A stretch of DNA of 64,000 nucleotides from positions 1 through 64,000 of the forward strand of contig JALAGF010004118.1 of the NCBI GenBank assembly GCA_030167865.1, in the 5' to 3' direction. Below the pieces are notes generated by a model, which did no database searches, was not told where the DNA came from, and was given only the letters and a program-made list of their open reading frames with translations. The translations under genes were made by a program, and so were the position numbers. The stretch's first letter is position 1, and the number at the start of each line of letters is the position of its first letter. Origin of the DNA: Craspedostauros australis (lineage: Eukaryota). This document shows positions 24,562-38,579 of this stretch, in pieces.

Positions 24562-27500
24562 CGTCGTCTTCCTGTCTTTCCTCCTTTCTTTGCTCACAGT
24601 GTTATCGCTGTTGGTAGCATGCGATGCGTTGCGATGCGATGACGACTCCGTTCGTTTGTTGGTGCGTTGGTGCGTTGGTTCGTTGGTTCGTTGACCAAGT
24701 AGCCAGCTCTGCAAAGTGAAACAGCTTGTGCTTGCGGATTCTGCGACGCCGCGCCAAAACCAAACAAGGAGAGGTTTGGCGATCGCTCTCGTTGTTGTTG
24801 TCGTTGTTGTTTTTCCTTCTCTCATTTTTGCGACACGAAAATAACGTCCGAACATGTTCGCGCCATAAATCCACCCAACCACTCGATCTACTGATGGACG
24901 CACAGACGTAAACGGTGACGCAAGATTTCTTTTTCGCTTGGTACTGTATTAGCTTCTCCAGGGTCTTCGCCGTGTGCTACTCCGACTGGGGCAAAGATGA
25001 ATGAAGGAGCTTGAGATTCCACGCAGAAAAATGTCAATGTCAAGATACTTTCCAAACGGTTGCGTAGACACGCGTCCACATGGTGTGGGAGGGATGCATT
25101 GGGGATTCATTTGCCAAGAATCGATAACGTTCTCAACGTCTGCCTTGTGGGAAGCGTGTGATTGGTGGCATACAACTTCTCGCAGTGCACCGAAGTGTTC
25201 GCTCCAACAACGTGTGTTTTGGGACTGATCACACATGGAACAGGTTAATTAATGCCAGAGTGGATGAAATGGAATGGCTGGTCAGCAGCTTCCCCAACAA
25301 GACCAAAGGAACATCAACGCGGACGTGCTGCGTAGCCGAACGCGGACAAAGTCCTCAACTGCCTTGGCGCAACACGCCACCCGAGGATGTGAGAGACAAA
25401 GCGGCGGTCGCAGCGGCGCTTCCAACAGGAACAACAACAAGAACGCCACCTGTGACAGCAGGGCTCGACGAAAAAGTGAGGAAGAATGGAAAAGACCCGC
25501 CACTGTGAGGATCCAACGCGTAACGTATCATCTCGATTGATTCGTTTTGACCTTCATCCTTCCTTCCTTCTTTTTGTTGTTGTTGTCGCCATCGCCGCTG
25601 TTGGGGTTGTCAGTGCCAGGGCTCATGGATGTGTTGTCGTGTTCATCATCTCTGCGCTGTCATTATCATCTTCGTCTTCATCGATCTGCTCCATCCATCT
25701 TTCTTGAACGGTGGAGGGAAGAAGAGGCATCGACATCAACATCGACATTGACAAACGCTTCATTTGGATACTGTTGGCAACCAGAAGATAAAGATCACAC
25801 AGCAAACGGCCAAACGAACACAAACCCGCCTTTCGTCGCACCGCATCAAAAGGGCGCCATTTGGCATCAACATCGTCCGATTCAACTCCGAGATTGGAAC
25901 GCTACGCATCAGTCAAATCGCAAGAGTGTGAGAGATACCATCCCCATCAACTCAACACAACACCGCAAAGCCCAACGAAACACATCACAACGCGTCAAAC
26001 GAAACATCAAAAAGGTGAGCAAGGCAGTGCAATGGGGCAATCAAGATCAAAATGGTGCGGAGCGAGGAAGAGAACAGCTCGTGGTTGCGGCGATCCATTT
26101 TTGTGTCTTTGCTCGTGAAAAAATGAAGGTGATAATCATCTCGACGAATGGGTGCATGATGTTTCGGCATGGTTGCTGCTGTTGGTATTGCTGTTGCGAC
26201 GATGGCAACTGATTGTACCGGTGCTCCATGTTGCGTTCCGTGGCAACGAGCACCATTGAGGAGTGAACGAAGAGAGGGCAATGGGCGTGTCATGATGGTG
26301 AGGCGGTATCAATCGGTAAAAAACATTCACCGAGCCCCAAGCAATCATCGCCGCTGTCCTCGCTCTCTCTTGTGCGGCTGCGGAAGCGGAAACAACGTCG
26401 TCATCGTCGTCGTCACATCATTTCATTGCATTCCATGCTCTTCTCCCACATCTCCTTTTGGTGAACTCTGTGTCTATCCGTGCGCGTCACATGACGACGC
26501 ACGTTCAACTCATGCCGACCCATCTCACCTTGCTCTTGTGCTGTCGTATCACGCACACGCATGCCTCTGCTGCACTGCACTCCGCCAATACTCCTATTTC
26601 TGTTCCCTTCCTTTCTTTTCTTTCTTTTCCTTCTTTTCCTTCATGTTACGACTACTTCGCACGCCTTCACACTTCACGCTCCACGCTTTATCTGCTGACT
26701 TCTGTCGACGGGCCCAAAACACCAGCAGCAACAAAAAGGCACCCAAGGAATCAACAGCACACTTGTTTCGCCGAGTCCAACACGATCATCCGTCGCCGCG
26801 TGACAAAAAGTCGGCATTGATCGCTGCGCCCCCTTGCGTCTGTGTGTTCATCACCGTCACTCCACGCATCTTCTCTGATTGCCACACTCACTCCACCTGC
26901 CAGGTTTTCGCGATCGCCACCGACATCGCCATCGAAGTTCGCTTCGGGAGACGTCCAGACGCCATCGCTTTTTCTCACAATCATCTGCCTTGCTGGCGCG
27001 CGAGCCTGACTGGGCGAGTATTGGATATATCCATTGTATTCAGTCTTGTACAAGCAACATTCATTGGCATCCGCGTACAAAGGCCGGTAAGTTTGTACGA
27101 GAATTGGTTGGTCGGTTACATTCTAGCCGAAGGAGCGTTATCGTACTCGATTAAACGAACGCGCACACAGGGCTTGGTTCGCGACTTTTTGTGTGTTCGT
27201 CTCATTGCTGTTGCTTCCAAGGGCGTGCGAGCAGACCAGGCCACCCAGGTCCGCGCGCTGCACGTTACGCCACCGTGCGAAACATCACGCGGCAAAAACA
27301 AGGCACATAGAATACCGGACGCTGAGCCAGTGTCTGCACGCAGAGGAGACGACAAGGCAGTCGCAACACCCAACACCGACCGACTGACATCCAAAGCACA
27401 AAAGAAGGAAAAGAAGGGGAGAGTCAACTGAACTCAACTCCAAGGTGGTCAACTCGAAGTCGGATCGCTACAGCAACTTGACCATACCAGCGCAACCCTA

Positions 27501-28482
27501 TAGCAAGACAGGCGGTCGATCCTCACCATCTCCAACCCATCCGAACGACTCACATCCTCATCCCACTCGTGCCATACTCCTCGATCCGCCTCAGAGTTCA
27601 GCGCAGCTCGACTCGATTCATCTCTCCGAGCGGCAGTTTCTGGTCCCTTCCGTCATTGCGCTGCACTCATCCACGCATACTCGGCATTCATCGACAGCAA
27701 CAACAGCAGCAGCAGCCTCAGCATTGTTGGAGAAGCACCTGTTATCGATATTGTCGGAGACGACGAAACGCATTGCCTCAACTCGAACAGCAACAATTCC
27801 GACCAGCTGCTCACATTACAACTACAGCACTACTCTGCACACCAGTACTCCGCAAGACACCAAAACAGCGCATTGTGTGAAGAGCACCCAACGCGAACGT
27901 CTTTGGCTATCATTGCACAAAACACCGAACGCAACAACAAAAGCAGTCAGCTCCAAGAGGAATTGGCAGGAACACCTCAACTTCGAACGAACACGGTGAG
28001 ATAGGGACGTGCGCTGATCCAACATCATCCAAACCAATCACAACAGACACGACAGACGCAAGAAGGAGAAGTCCTCCCCGCTGCTCTCAATTTGTGCACA
28101 ATCCCATCAACGCACTATCTGCAATTGCGTCATTGCCCGGCAATCCCATCCATAATTGCGCGATTCGAAACAGGCCAAACCAAATAAAGCCCAACCGCAC
28201 ACACCATTGCCAATCGTGCCCGATCAGCAACACACCCTCCGCTTCCATCACCAACAGCATCTCCACGCAAACCGCTGTCATTGGCAACTTCGCCCAGCTG
28301 CAGCAACACAATCAGCATCGGCAGTGCACCATACACACCCACCGATACAAGCACACCCACACAACTTTGACGACGTGGAACAACGACCAACTGCGCTCAA
28401 CACAGCACAACACAGCACAACACAGCACAACAACACCATCGTCCAAAAGAGAGACAGAGATTGAAAGTGCAAACGGCGATAC

Positions 28483-30320
28483 ATGATCGGGCACAGACAA
28501 TCCAGATCAACCGTATCAGCGAAACACGCAGCTAAAGCGGCATCAGCAGTTGGAGCAGCAACAGCAGCACCGGCCGCAGCACCTCCCACCATGGACGTCG
28601 AACACAACCAGAGAGCCAACTACGGCTCCCACAGCGGGCAGCCGCAGTACACCCCGGCGCCACCGTCAGCACGTGAACACAGAACGTACGACCATTCGAG
28701 AGGCGTGGCCGGTGGAAGCAGCAGATCCTCCAGAGCCCGTGACGATCACGAGGACAACGCCCACAGCCGCAGCCGATCCAGCAGGTCCACATCACGGCCA
28801 ACCACCACATCGTCTGGCACGCGGTCCTCGCGGTCCGGCCACCACGGCCACAGCAACCAGCACCACCATGCCAGCGGGAGCAGCAGCCATCATCACAACG
28901 CCAGCAGCCAACAGCACCAGCACCAGCAACACCACCATGCTCCGCAGCAGCACCAGCAGCCATCTGGCCACTACGCCTCGTCGCAGTCGATGAGCCGAAA
29001 TGGGGCAACAAATGCCCCATCCAGAATGCCGCCCGCCAGCCAGCAGCACTTCTCGCCGCCAGCCACCTCCACCTACGGTCACAACAGGATGACGACCCCA
29101 ACCACCGACAGCGCGCAGCCAACCTTCCCACCACCTGCCGTCACCTCGGAGTCCCCCACTCCAAACGAGCAGAGCCAGCGCAGACCTGCCTACCTCCTCC
29201 ACCGCGATCTCGTCATCGGAAAGGGATCCTACGGTCAGGTCTGCATCGCGTCCAGGGGCGAAGCCGAGGGCCACAACTCCGGCAGATCCGGCAAGCGAAA
29301 GAAGTTCGCCTGCAAGTGCGTCATGCTGCGCAACGATCCAAAGTACATCGCCAAGCTCCAGGAGGAGGTCAACGTCCTCAGAGAACTCAGAGGCCATGAC
29401 AACGTCATCCGTCTCTACGATGTCTTTTGCGTGGACAACGAGCTCTTCATAATAACCGAGCTCGGTCGCGGAGGTGATCTCTTCCATCTCCTCACCACTC
29501 ATCCAAAGCACGGAGTCACGGAATCATACGCAGGTACGCGTCCCATCATTCCTTTGTGGGCAACAGCATTGTTGTCTTGTTTCAGTGTTGTGTACCAGAT
29601 GGCACTTCATCCAATTGTATTGTGTTGATCATTGACAAACTCAAACATCCCATCTCTCTCACACCCTCATCCTTTTCACATTCGCAACAACGAACCACCG
29701 ACACAACACCACACAATGTCAACGCCTCATCATTGATGATCACAGCCAAGACAGTGGCAGAAATGCTCTCGGCCGTGGCATTCCTCCACTCCAGGAGCAT
29801 CTGCCACCGCGATCTCAAGCTCGAGAACTGGGTCCTCGAATCCGGCAAGGACGTCTGGAGTCCGCTGAAGCTGATCGACTTTGGTCTCTCAACGCACTTC
29901 AACCCTGGCCAGAGGCTCAGCCGTGTCGTGGGATCGTCTTACTACGTCGCCCCCGAGGTCCTCAAGAAGTCCTACACGGAGGCATGCGACCTGTGGAGTC
30001 TCGGCGTCATCGTCTACATGCTCCTCAGCGGCGCGCCGCCGTTCTACGGAAAGAACGACGAAGCCATCAAGGCCTCCATCGTCCAGGGTGAATACACCTT
30101 CCCCCATGAGCTGTTCCGCGACGTGTCGGACGAAGCCATGGCCTTCGTGTCATCGTTGCTATCGTACAACATCGAATACAGGTACACAGCCGAACAGGCT
30201 CTCACTCATGCCTGGCTTGCCACCAACTGCGATCCGGAGATGCTCCAGAAAGCAAAGGACGGTGCTACGGGAGCGGGGGTGCTCAACGACCACATCAAAC
30301 CAGAGCCAATGCAGCTGTAA
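28483..30320 (+). CDS. Ser/Thr protein kinase, CAMK group (CDPK-like catalytic domain, no EF-hands); exons 28483-29533, 29746-30320 (541 aa)
   Basis: GKGSYGQV, FACK, HRDLKLEN, DFG, VGSSYYVAPE, DLWSLGVI...SGAPPF. His/Gln/Ser-rich N-terminus. Confidence 0.95.
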
Positions 30321-31079
30321 AAAACGATCACCACCACCATCACGACGTGGCGTGGCGCGGTATACAATGACATCCAATGCACTACTCACTGTTGCGCTGC
30401 CATCGTGAGTGTGAAGGCCGCATGCATGAAAGAAGGGAACAATACAATAACACCAACAACCTGCTCAACACATCAAAACTACTCTAAAGCAAAGCGACAG
30501 CAATAATAGCAACAACACCAACAACAAGAGCAGTAATCGTCAATAGACAAAGAAGCAGCAGAACATGAAGCTGTGGCGCAGCACTGGATGTTGGAAGCAT
30601 GCTCTACTGGAATATTTGTTGACACCCAAACATGCAGACGCACGCTAATCCAACACAAACCAACAACGAACGAACAAACAGCAGTAGTTGTAACACCAAC
30701 ACGGGAACAGGAAATCAATAATGTTCGATCCAAACCATCAAGTCGATCGTTACTTTAGGTTGCTTCTGTGCTTGTTTGGCCCGGGCTGTCGTGGCTCGTG
30801 GTCTTTTACCACCCAGGAACCTTCCTCACCCCAAAGTCTCCGGGACATTTCTTCGCCGAATAACAACTTGCAACGTCGATAGAAATGAAGGATTTTGACC
30901 AATTTTTCTGTAGTACTGCAGGAATATTCTCACTCCAATCGTGGTCTTACATGCAGTTGCACTCGGAGCATATGAGTGTTGCTTGATGCTCTGGCACTGC
31001 GCTAACGCCTCATGTACATATCCTCTCCTCCACTACACCACACCACACGTACGTGCCCCACCCGCCACAGCACCGACAA

Positions 31080-32699
31080 TCACCGCCGCCAAGGCTCCAC
31101 GATGAGCTCTCCTTCGATGCGACGCCGTTCCAACCGCCGACACATCGCATCGTTGAGACACGGCACGACGTCACGCGGTCGCAGGTAGCTGTCGATCTTG
31201 GGACGGATCATGCGCTTCGACAGTAGATGGAACAGGTACTTCAGATCGGCCTCGAGCTCCCGCGTGTTCGTCTTGCGCAGCTGCTTGTAATCCAGCAACG
31301 AGGCGTTGGGCAACGCCAGCAGGGCCGAGTAATCGTGGATGCGATTCCACCAGCCGGGGCGTGCGGCGTGCGTCTTGCGGGCGCGTTCCAACGTGGTCGG
31401 TTTGATGCAGACGAGGCGGCAATCATCACGCGCCGACAGGACCTGCGTGACGGCGTCCAAGTTGGTGGGGTAGTCGTAGTCCAGGATGACGTCGACGACG
31501 CCGCGCAGTCGGTCCAACCAGACGTCAGGATCGGAGTTCATGTACACGATCTGTTGTGGCGCGGTGTTCTTCCTGCGTTTGCCGGCAGCATCGTGACTGT
31601 AGCCATGTCGCAGCACGTAGACCTGCGCCGCACCGTGCATGCAGGCAAGTCTGGCCGCCACATTCGCCACCCATTGATGACCACCCGTGATGAGAATGCG
31701 CTGACCTGAGAAGGCGGCGTGCGAATAGCGTTGCGCGGGCGATACGAAGTTCCCATGATGCAGTGCGACGAATGCAGGCAAGAAGGTGGATACCACAGAT
31801 GCCGCCTCGCCCGCGTCGAACTTCTCGCTGAGAACGATCAGCGCATCCGAATCGATGGTGATGTACTCGGTGGATGGTGCGCAACGTTGCAAGGATGTGA
31901 CCATGGCACCACGTTGGATACTGAAGGTGCGCTCACTGCTGGTGCTATCCATGTCGCGTTTGTACACGGATCCAACGAAACAGGAGATGGGTCCATGTGT
32001 CAAGGCTGGCCTGGGGTGGTCTTGTCCTGATTCTAGCTGTTGCGACTGTGACAGCGACTGTGACTGAGATTGTGACTCAGATTCCCAATCATCAAGATCG
32101 CTCGTCGTATAGGAGTACTCATCGGACGGTTGCCTCGATTCATCTTCCTCCAGTACTATCCGGTTGACCGGCATGGTCGTTGCCAAGAGCTTGACCGTGA
32201 TGCGAACCCACTTCTTCTGCTTTGCCTTTTGGCGTGGCTGCGACGGCGGCAGCCTATCCTGTCCATACTGTTGCCAGCACCAGGATTCGGCCAACGCATT
32301 GATCGACAACAAGTCGGGCATGCCATTGAAGAACTCCCCCGATGACAGCAGCGTCTCAATGTGCTCGACGTGACAGCCAGCCGGCAGTTCGATGTCTGAA
32401 TCGTGCAGGTAGTTCTCCTTGCGTTTGCGCAAGCTCTTGGGTTTCCAGAACTTGGACACCCCGCTTGGTTTCTTTTCGGTTTCCTGCTCTGATATTGTCG
32501 GCAATGCTGGAGCTACACTCGTCAACGTTGATACGGATGTTTCTGTCGTTGCTGTTGTCATTGGCATCGTGGACGATGATGACAACCCCATCCATGACAG
32601 TTGGTTTGTGTGCGTGATCATGTTCTGTAGCGTTGACGAGAAGGATGATGCTGATTCTTGAATGCTCCCATTGTGAGGGATAATCTGATTCTCTTTGTT

Positions 32700-32730
<31 letters not shown>

Positions 32731-33239
32731 TTATCGTCAAATGGATTCGAGCTGCGTTTGTGGTCATCGTGTTGGTGCTGCCGCTCTTGTTGTTCCAGTT
32801 GCCGTTGCTGCTGTTGCAGATGATGATTGATGGGGGATGCATTCGTGCGGGTATCATCGCTCATTGTACGAGTGTCTCCGACATCACCGTTGTGAGCTTG
32901 ATGATGCTGATTGTTGGCAAGACGACTAGTATCCCCACGGCTATGAGTATCCCTTTCCATTCTGCCACCATCGATACTCATATGATCGACGTGGCTGTTC
33001 CTACATGTCAAGCTTGTGCTTGCATCATTGCCCTCGTCTGTTGTATTACGAGCACGAGCAGTGCCAGTATCAGTGTCTGCTTGTAGTCGAATCCTCACTC
33101 TGCACCCGTATTCACACCCATCATCCTTCTGTTGGTGCTGTTGCATCTCATCATCAACGAACTGAGCTGGTTCTTCCCCATTTGAATCCATCATCATCGT
33201 CATTCCTTTGCTACGATGCATGCACAGAAGTGGTCTCAT
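31080..33239 (-). CDS. Protein with a long disordered N-terminus and a divergent MDR (medium-chain dehydrogenase/quinone-reductase-like) domain; start codon uncertain
   Basis: FDAGEAASVVSTFLPAFVALH, GQRILITGG...AARLACMHGAAQVYV, VDVILD, DLKYLFHLLSKRMIRPKI follow the MDR-fold layout. Confidence 0.7.
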
Positions 33240-34314
33240 CTCCTGCTCTTTCTCTCAACTCTTCGTCTCTTTGATTTCTTTGATGTCTCCTGGGACAGGT
33301 TCGAACTTGACATGTACGATACGTGTAAGGAGACAAACACCGACATTGACACAAGGTCCTCCGATTCTTTGAGCTTCTCTCTTCGCGGAGTCGAACACGA
33401 ACACGATCCGCCCAAAGGAAGAGACGGAGACGCCACGATGTCTCACTCGCTTCGGTTCCCACCGATTACGACACTTTGCGCTTCTTCTTTCGTGATCGTG
33501 TTGATTTGTTACGAACATGGATCCGTTGGCGCATTGCAGTGGAAGAAAATTGACATCAACTGGGTTCGCAACATGTCTCGTGTGACTGCTGTGTACGATT
33601 GAAAATTATTTAAGCGTTAGTTTACGTTACATTGGTATTTTTCGAAATTCGCTCATCAAGACAAACGTCATCATGTCAAGGCACAAAGCAAACCAAACCA
33701 TGGATACGAGAGTAGAGCAGAGTCGACAACACCCACACCCATTCTCTTGCAGATTCGTTGCTACGTTTAGCCACTAACGTTCATGGACCTACGAGTCTAC
33801 GCATGTACGTGCTCAGCATTAGATTCGTTCAGAACTTGCGCGACACCAATTTGAACAACGTCCGTCGCATCCACTCTTTTGGTGTCAACTTCTGTGCCAT
33901 GTGGTCTTGTCATGCGATGGATGAGCATGCCATCAAATGCCACTGCGTTCACACTCGCACGTCATAAGCTTCCAAAAGCCTCGATCGCTTGCAAAGAGCC
34001 AGTTAATACATCGCATTCTCTCTTGTTTGAAGACAATCAAATCCCTGAATGGCACGCCATTCTTCCATGAATAAGTGTGTGCATCATCCACGTCCGCACA
34101 GCAGCATGCTTGTTGAGAATCTTTTCTAATGCATTCCGTCATCATCCAGGCATTCGCTCGTTGCATCTGCGCATTCATCCATTGATCCATCGACCCTTCT
34201 TCTCGTTGCAATTCACACGCCCACCCATGATCAAACCGTGTCAGCAGCAATAGCAGTTGCTTGTCCTTCCATCTTCGTTTCACCTCGCTCCACTCCACTT
34301 CATTTCACTCCACC

Positions 34315-34995
34315 TCATTTTGCCTTGGCCGGGATTGCGTACTGCATCTTCATCAATGTATCAAATTCCTGGAAAATCGGAAATCCCACCATCCAAACAA
34401 GGATGAACCACGAGAACGTGACCTCCGCGTTGAGACCCAAGGTCGTGCTGCAACCGATGGCCGCCAGCACGGCCTCGACCAGATGTGCCACGATGCAAAC
34501 ATACCACGAGGCCTGGACGTACTTGACGAACATCGAGGCGCTGCCGAAGACCTGGGCGATGCCACGCTGCAGCCTGGGCGCCTGAGCGATCGCCTCGAGC
34601 ATGCCGTTCGTGCCGAGCACCATGGTGCCGTATCCCAACCCAGCGCAGATCAGCAAGACGAGGAGCGCGAACGGCTTCGTGACGAGCCAGTGGATCTTGG
34701 GCGCGCAGACCTGATTGCGGATGGTGGCCAACCGGCGCTTCAATTCGTTCTTCGATTTGACGTAGGGACGGAAGGGGTACGTCAGGGACTTCATCTCGCA
34801 CGTATCGCTCTTGCACGTCACGGCCGTGATCTCGCAGCCCCGGTTGTGCACGATCTTGACCTTGGCGGACTTGAGCTTGGTGCCGAACGGCAACGACAGG
34901 CGGTCCCTGGCCATGGCGTACACCACGGCACCGCTGTTCGTGTTCATGTCCTTCGCGAAAGCCTTTCCGGCTTCTTCCTTGATTTCGTCCGACAT
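34315..34995 (-). CDS. Membrane protein (226 aa) with a DUF2470-like N-terminus and a TMEM254-like C-terminus
   Basis: Three hydrophobic segments including VAHLVEAVLA...WFILVWMVGFP. N-terminal DMNTN...YA...PF.P layout recalls DUF2470. C/G-ending codon bias like neighbouring genes. Confidence 0.6.
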   Translation of the reverse strand: MSDEIKEEAGKAFAKDMNTNSGAVVYAMARDRLSLPFGTKLKSAKVKIVHNRGCEITAVTCKSDTCEMKSLTYPFRPYVKSKNELKRRLATIRNQVCAPKIHWLVTKPFALLVLLICAGLGYGTMVLGTNGMLEAIAQAPRLQRGIAQVFGSASMFVKYVQASWYVCIVAHLVEAVLAAIGCSTTLGLNAEVTFSWFILVWMVGFPIFQEFDTLMKMQYAIPAKAK

Positions 34996-36689
34996 CGTGG
35001 AGTATTCAAACGTGTGCTCTTAGAATATGAAACGGTATGCTGTACAATGGGTTGCTGGGGGATAGAGTGGATGTTGTGTTGCTTTGAATGGATGGATAGA
35101 GTGCGAGTGGGCAGATGCACATTCGAGTATAGTATGGTGCGTTGTCATTGCTGCGTTTCCATCTATCGCGGATTGTTGTGTTTCGTTTGGGTCATTTGTT
35201 GATCTGCGATATAGTATCTGTGCTGTAGTATCTTGGGTACTACGTATCCTTGGTGGATACTACTATTGTTGATATACCATGAAACGCAATCTAAGAAGGC
35301 AAACGAGAGAACCACGGCGTTGAAAGAGTCCAAAGCCCTTTGATGCTTCTTGCATCCAAGAACAAAATCAAGTTCGCAACGTTCTTTTTTGCGGATGTTC
35401 CATCCTTGGGAGACAACCTGTCATCATCATCATCATCCACGAACACCATCATCAAAAGGACACTCTGCTGCATGCACAATTAGTGTCCTCCACTCAACTC
35501 CACTTGACAACAAGGTCATCATCGCACGGAGACTCCCATGTCCCTTGTATCCGGCATGACTGCCAGGTTGCTCGGATCGCGTCGGAGTGTGGCGGAGTTG
35601 CGGTGATGTCTCCACCCTTTCCACAAACATTCATTCACTCCAAACATGCAGGCTCGACGAAAACTACCGTGTGGTTGATGCGCATTGGCGACTTTGGTGG
35701 AGGAGAAAAGATGATGCACGAGTGACGAAAAACGCGAAGACGTGAGGAGAGACGGCGACATGGAGAACAGATAGTGTGAGTGGATTGCGGACCGGTTCGC
35801 GTTAACATCGGTTTGCAATCAGGACTAAAGATAACGTTTGTAACGTTAATTCACATTAACATGCTCAACACAACCGAGTCAGCACGTCTCTTTGTTGCAA
35901 CAACGCCAAAAATACATGTCGACTTCTTTCGATGTGCATCCAACCACGAGTCCACCGCAAGATCCGTTGGATGGTGTCGTGTTCCCACACAGAACATCGA
36001 TCATGTGCCCATCACACATTTTTGCGAGGAGATGGAATCCGTCCTCTTTCATCAAATCCATCCGCAGCGCACAGCACGCAACTGCAACTGCAACTGCAAG
36101 ACGTGGACTCCGCAGCACTCATACGAGCACATAGTGCGCACAAGAGGTAGTACTAGTACATGCCATAGCATCACACCTTGTGGAGACTCCGACCTTCGTG
36201 TGACAAGAGAAGAACTGCTCGAACCTGGAGCTGTGTGGATCACCTCTGTCAGTTGAACCCAGCCCATCATCAAGCACAGTATTACATAGTGCCATCGTGG
36301 GGCGGAGTGCGAGGGATTCCCACAAGCTGCATTCAAACAAAGTACCGGACAAGCAAGCGCCAATACCATACCAATTCACAATCTCGCAAACAGACAAATA
36401 GACAAACAGACCAACAGACCAACAGAACATACCATTGAGAGACGACCAAACGAAACGAATCAGACGAAGTTGCAACTGATTGAAAACGCATCATTTCGGA
36501 TTGCTCTCCAAGTATCCGTACGTTACCAACAAAGAGTCGCCAATCAGCGCATCAATCAAGGCATCAATCACATTGGACATTGCAAGAGCAACCATGACAA
36601 GAATGACAATCTCATCGCATTCATCACCAGCTTCACCATCGACGTATTCGTCAACATCAAGCACACAGAAAGTCCAAAGGAACACCATC

Positions 36690-37917
36690 ATGGATCCTCT
36701 TTCCTCAACATCGTCGTCGTTGCCGTCGTCGTCGTCGTTGCCATTATCATCATCGTCCCTGTCGCCGGCCTCATCGTTGAAGTACTTCACGCCATCGCCG
36801 CCACCCAAGAAGGTGACATCCAACAGATGCATGCTCATTGGACCAACAGCCATCGAGGCGCCGTCTGCGTGTCCCTGCTGCAACCGAGAATCGAAGGAAG
36901 GGAGGCAGACGGTTGGAGAGACAAAGCGCAATGCTGCTGTGCGGTACGGATCATTGCTGGACGTCACGGATGACCCGACGTTGGAGGACCTGGACGACGT
37001 GGATCGCATGCTGCCTGGAATTCTGTCCGACGGCGCACCTTACACGATCTCCAACGTTCTGGTACAAGGTTGGGTGCACAAGAAGGGCACCGGTCGCGAC
37101 TGGATGGGAAGCGTGGCATGGAAACCGAGATGGACAGCGCTGGCGGTAAGTCTTCTCTCGAGCCTTGCTGATTCCAAAGAATGAACGGAATACTCGCATG
37201 TATAATACCACCTATCCTGTTGCTCGTCCTCACACAAATTCTCCATTCCCATCAACTTCGCCCGTGTCGATAAACAAACAAACACTCGCTCCACTCCTGA
37301 ATTTGCAGATGGCCAAGGTTGACGGTCGTGAATTCGAGATTCCGTTGCTGCTCATCTACTGGTACCCCACATCGACCACTCCGTCGAGCGTCATCATGCT
37401 GGATTCCACAGTCGTGTTGCCCGAAGAGGAACACGCCAATGCCAGCGTTGACACCAACACCGATGCTGCTGCGGATGCACCCACGGAAGAGGGCCACTGC
37501 TACCGATTCGTGATACGGCATGCAAAGCCCTCCATCGCTGCCGAAGCCAACCCACGCGACAGCATCGTCGGCGCCGAAAACGCGACGCGGACCTTCAGCT
37601 GCCCACGCCAAGGCAGGGACGCCTGGGTCGGTGCCATCAATCGTGCGCTGTTGCAGTACGAGAAGATCAAGGGGCAGTCCAAGATCGATGCCGAACGATG
37701 CGTTCGGTCGCCATCACGCAGGTACCACGCCATCACGCAGGAGTGCTTTCCCACCAACATACATCTCTCGGTGCAGAGACGTTCGGCCCTGTCGCCACCG
37801 CACAGCCCAACCTCGCCGCGTTGCCGAGGCCTCAACATTCCCAAACCGCAAAGGAAGGAGAAGTTGCTGGGGGAAGCATTTCTCATTGATGACTTTGCGC
37901 GCACGGCACTTGAGTGA
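36690..37917 (+). CDS. PH-domain protein; exons 36690-37145, 37309-37917 (start may be upstream at 36594)
   Basis: VLVQGWVHKKG...WKPRWTAL, LLIYW, and terminal helix RDAWVGAINRAL. In-frame GTAAG...TGCAG intron. Confidence 0.85.
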
Positions 37918-38579
37918 TGTGTCGCATCGTCAACAGTACCGGTGTCATCAACAGTACTGTCAACGGTCCCATCGACACTGCGCCATACCCTGCCATAGCA
38001 TAGCATATCTGTCCACCCTGCTCAACTCTACATACATACAAAATCGGAACATGGAACTCATCACCGTCTCCATGCACGCTCCACACCATACCATACATAC
38101 AAAGCCATCCAACCATCTCTCCCATTCCGTTCGAAGAAACATACAAGAGACACATAGCCCATACTCAAGGATCCGAATCGCCATACTCTACAACAACTAT
38201 ACCACAACATCACATTTTACATAGAAATCAAAACCCACAATGCGATAGCTCCAAGCGCACTGAACTCCTCTACTCGTACTCCATTCTCCAACTCCCATAG
38301 CTCGTCCTCGTACGAACCATAACGTCTACGCCAAGTGTTTGAGAAACAAGGGCCAGCAATCGCATTAGAGTACTCTCGAGCGGATTACAGTGGCTCAGCT
38401 TGATTTGTACGACTGCATTTGTCTTCGTTATGTGTACGTACGTATATGTGTGCGTGCCTGTGCGTGCGTGTATTCGCATGCAGTTGCGCCACTGCATCCA
38501 CATTGATTCAGTGTATGCTTCCATCGCACTGTTGCGTGCTGTGCTGTGTTACGTTGTGCTGTATCATGCGGTCTCGTGC

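Noticed and set aside
24562-24903. N-terminal extension of the CDC45 ORF
   Set aside because: Non-ATG start and UTR-like simple sequence. CDC45-like sequence begins at MILEIE (24561).
26169-27431. 420-aa + strand ORF
   Set aside because: No motifs, composition driven by simple-sequence tracts, and none of the C/G third-position bias seen in the real genes.
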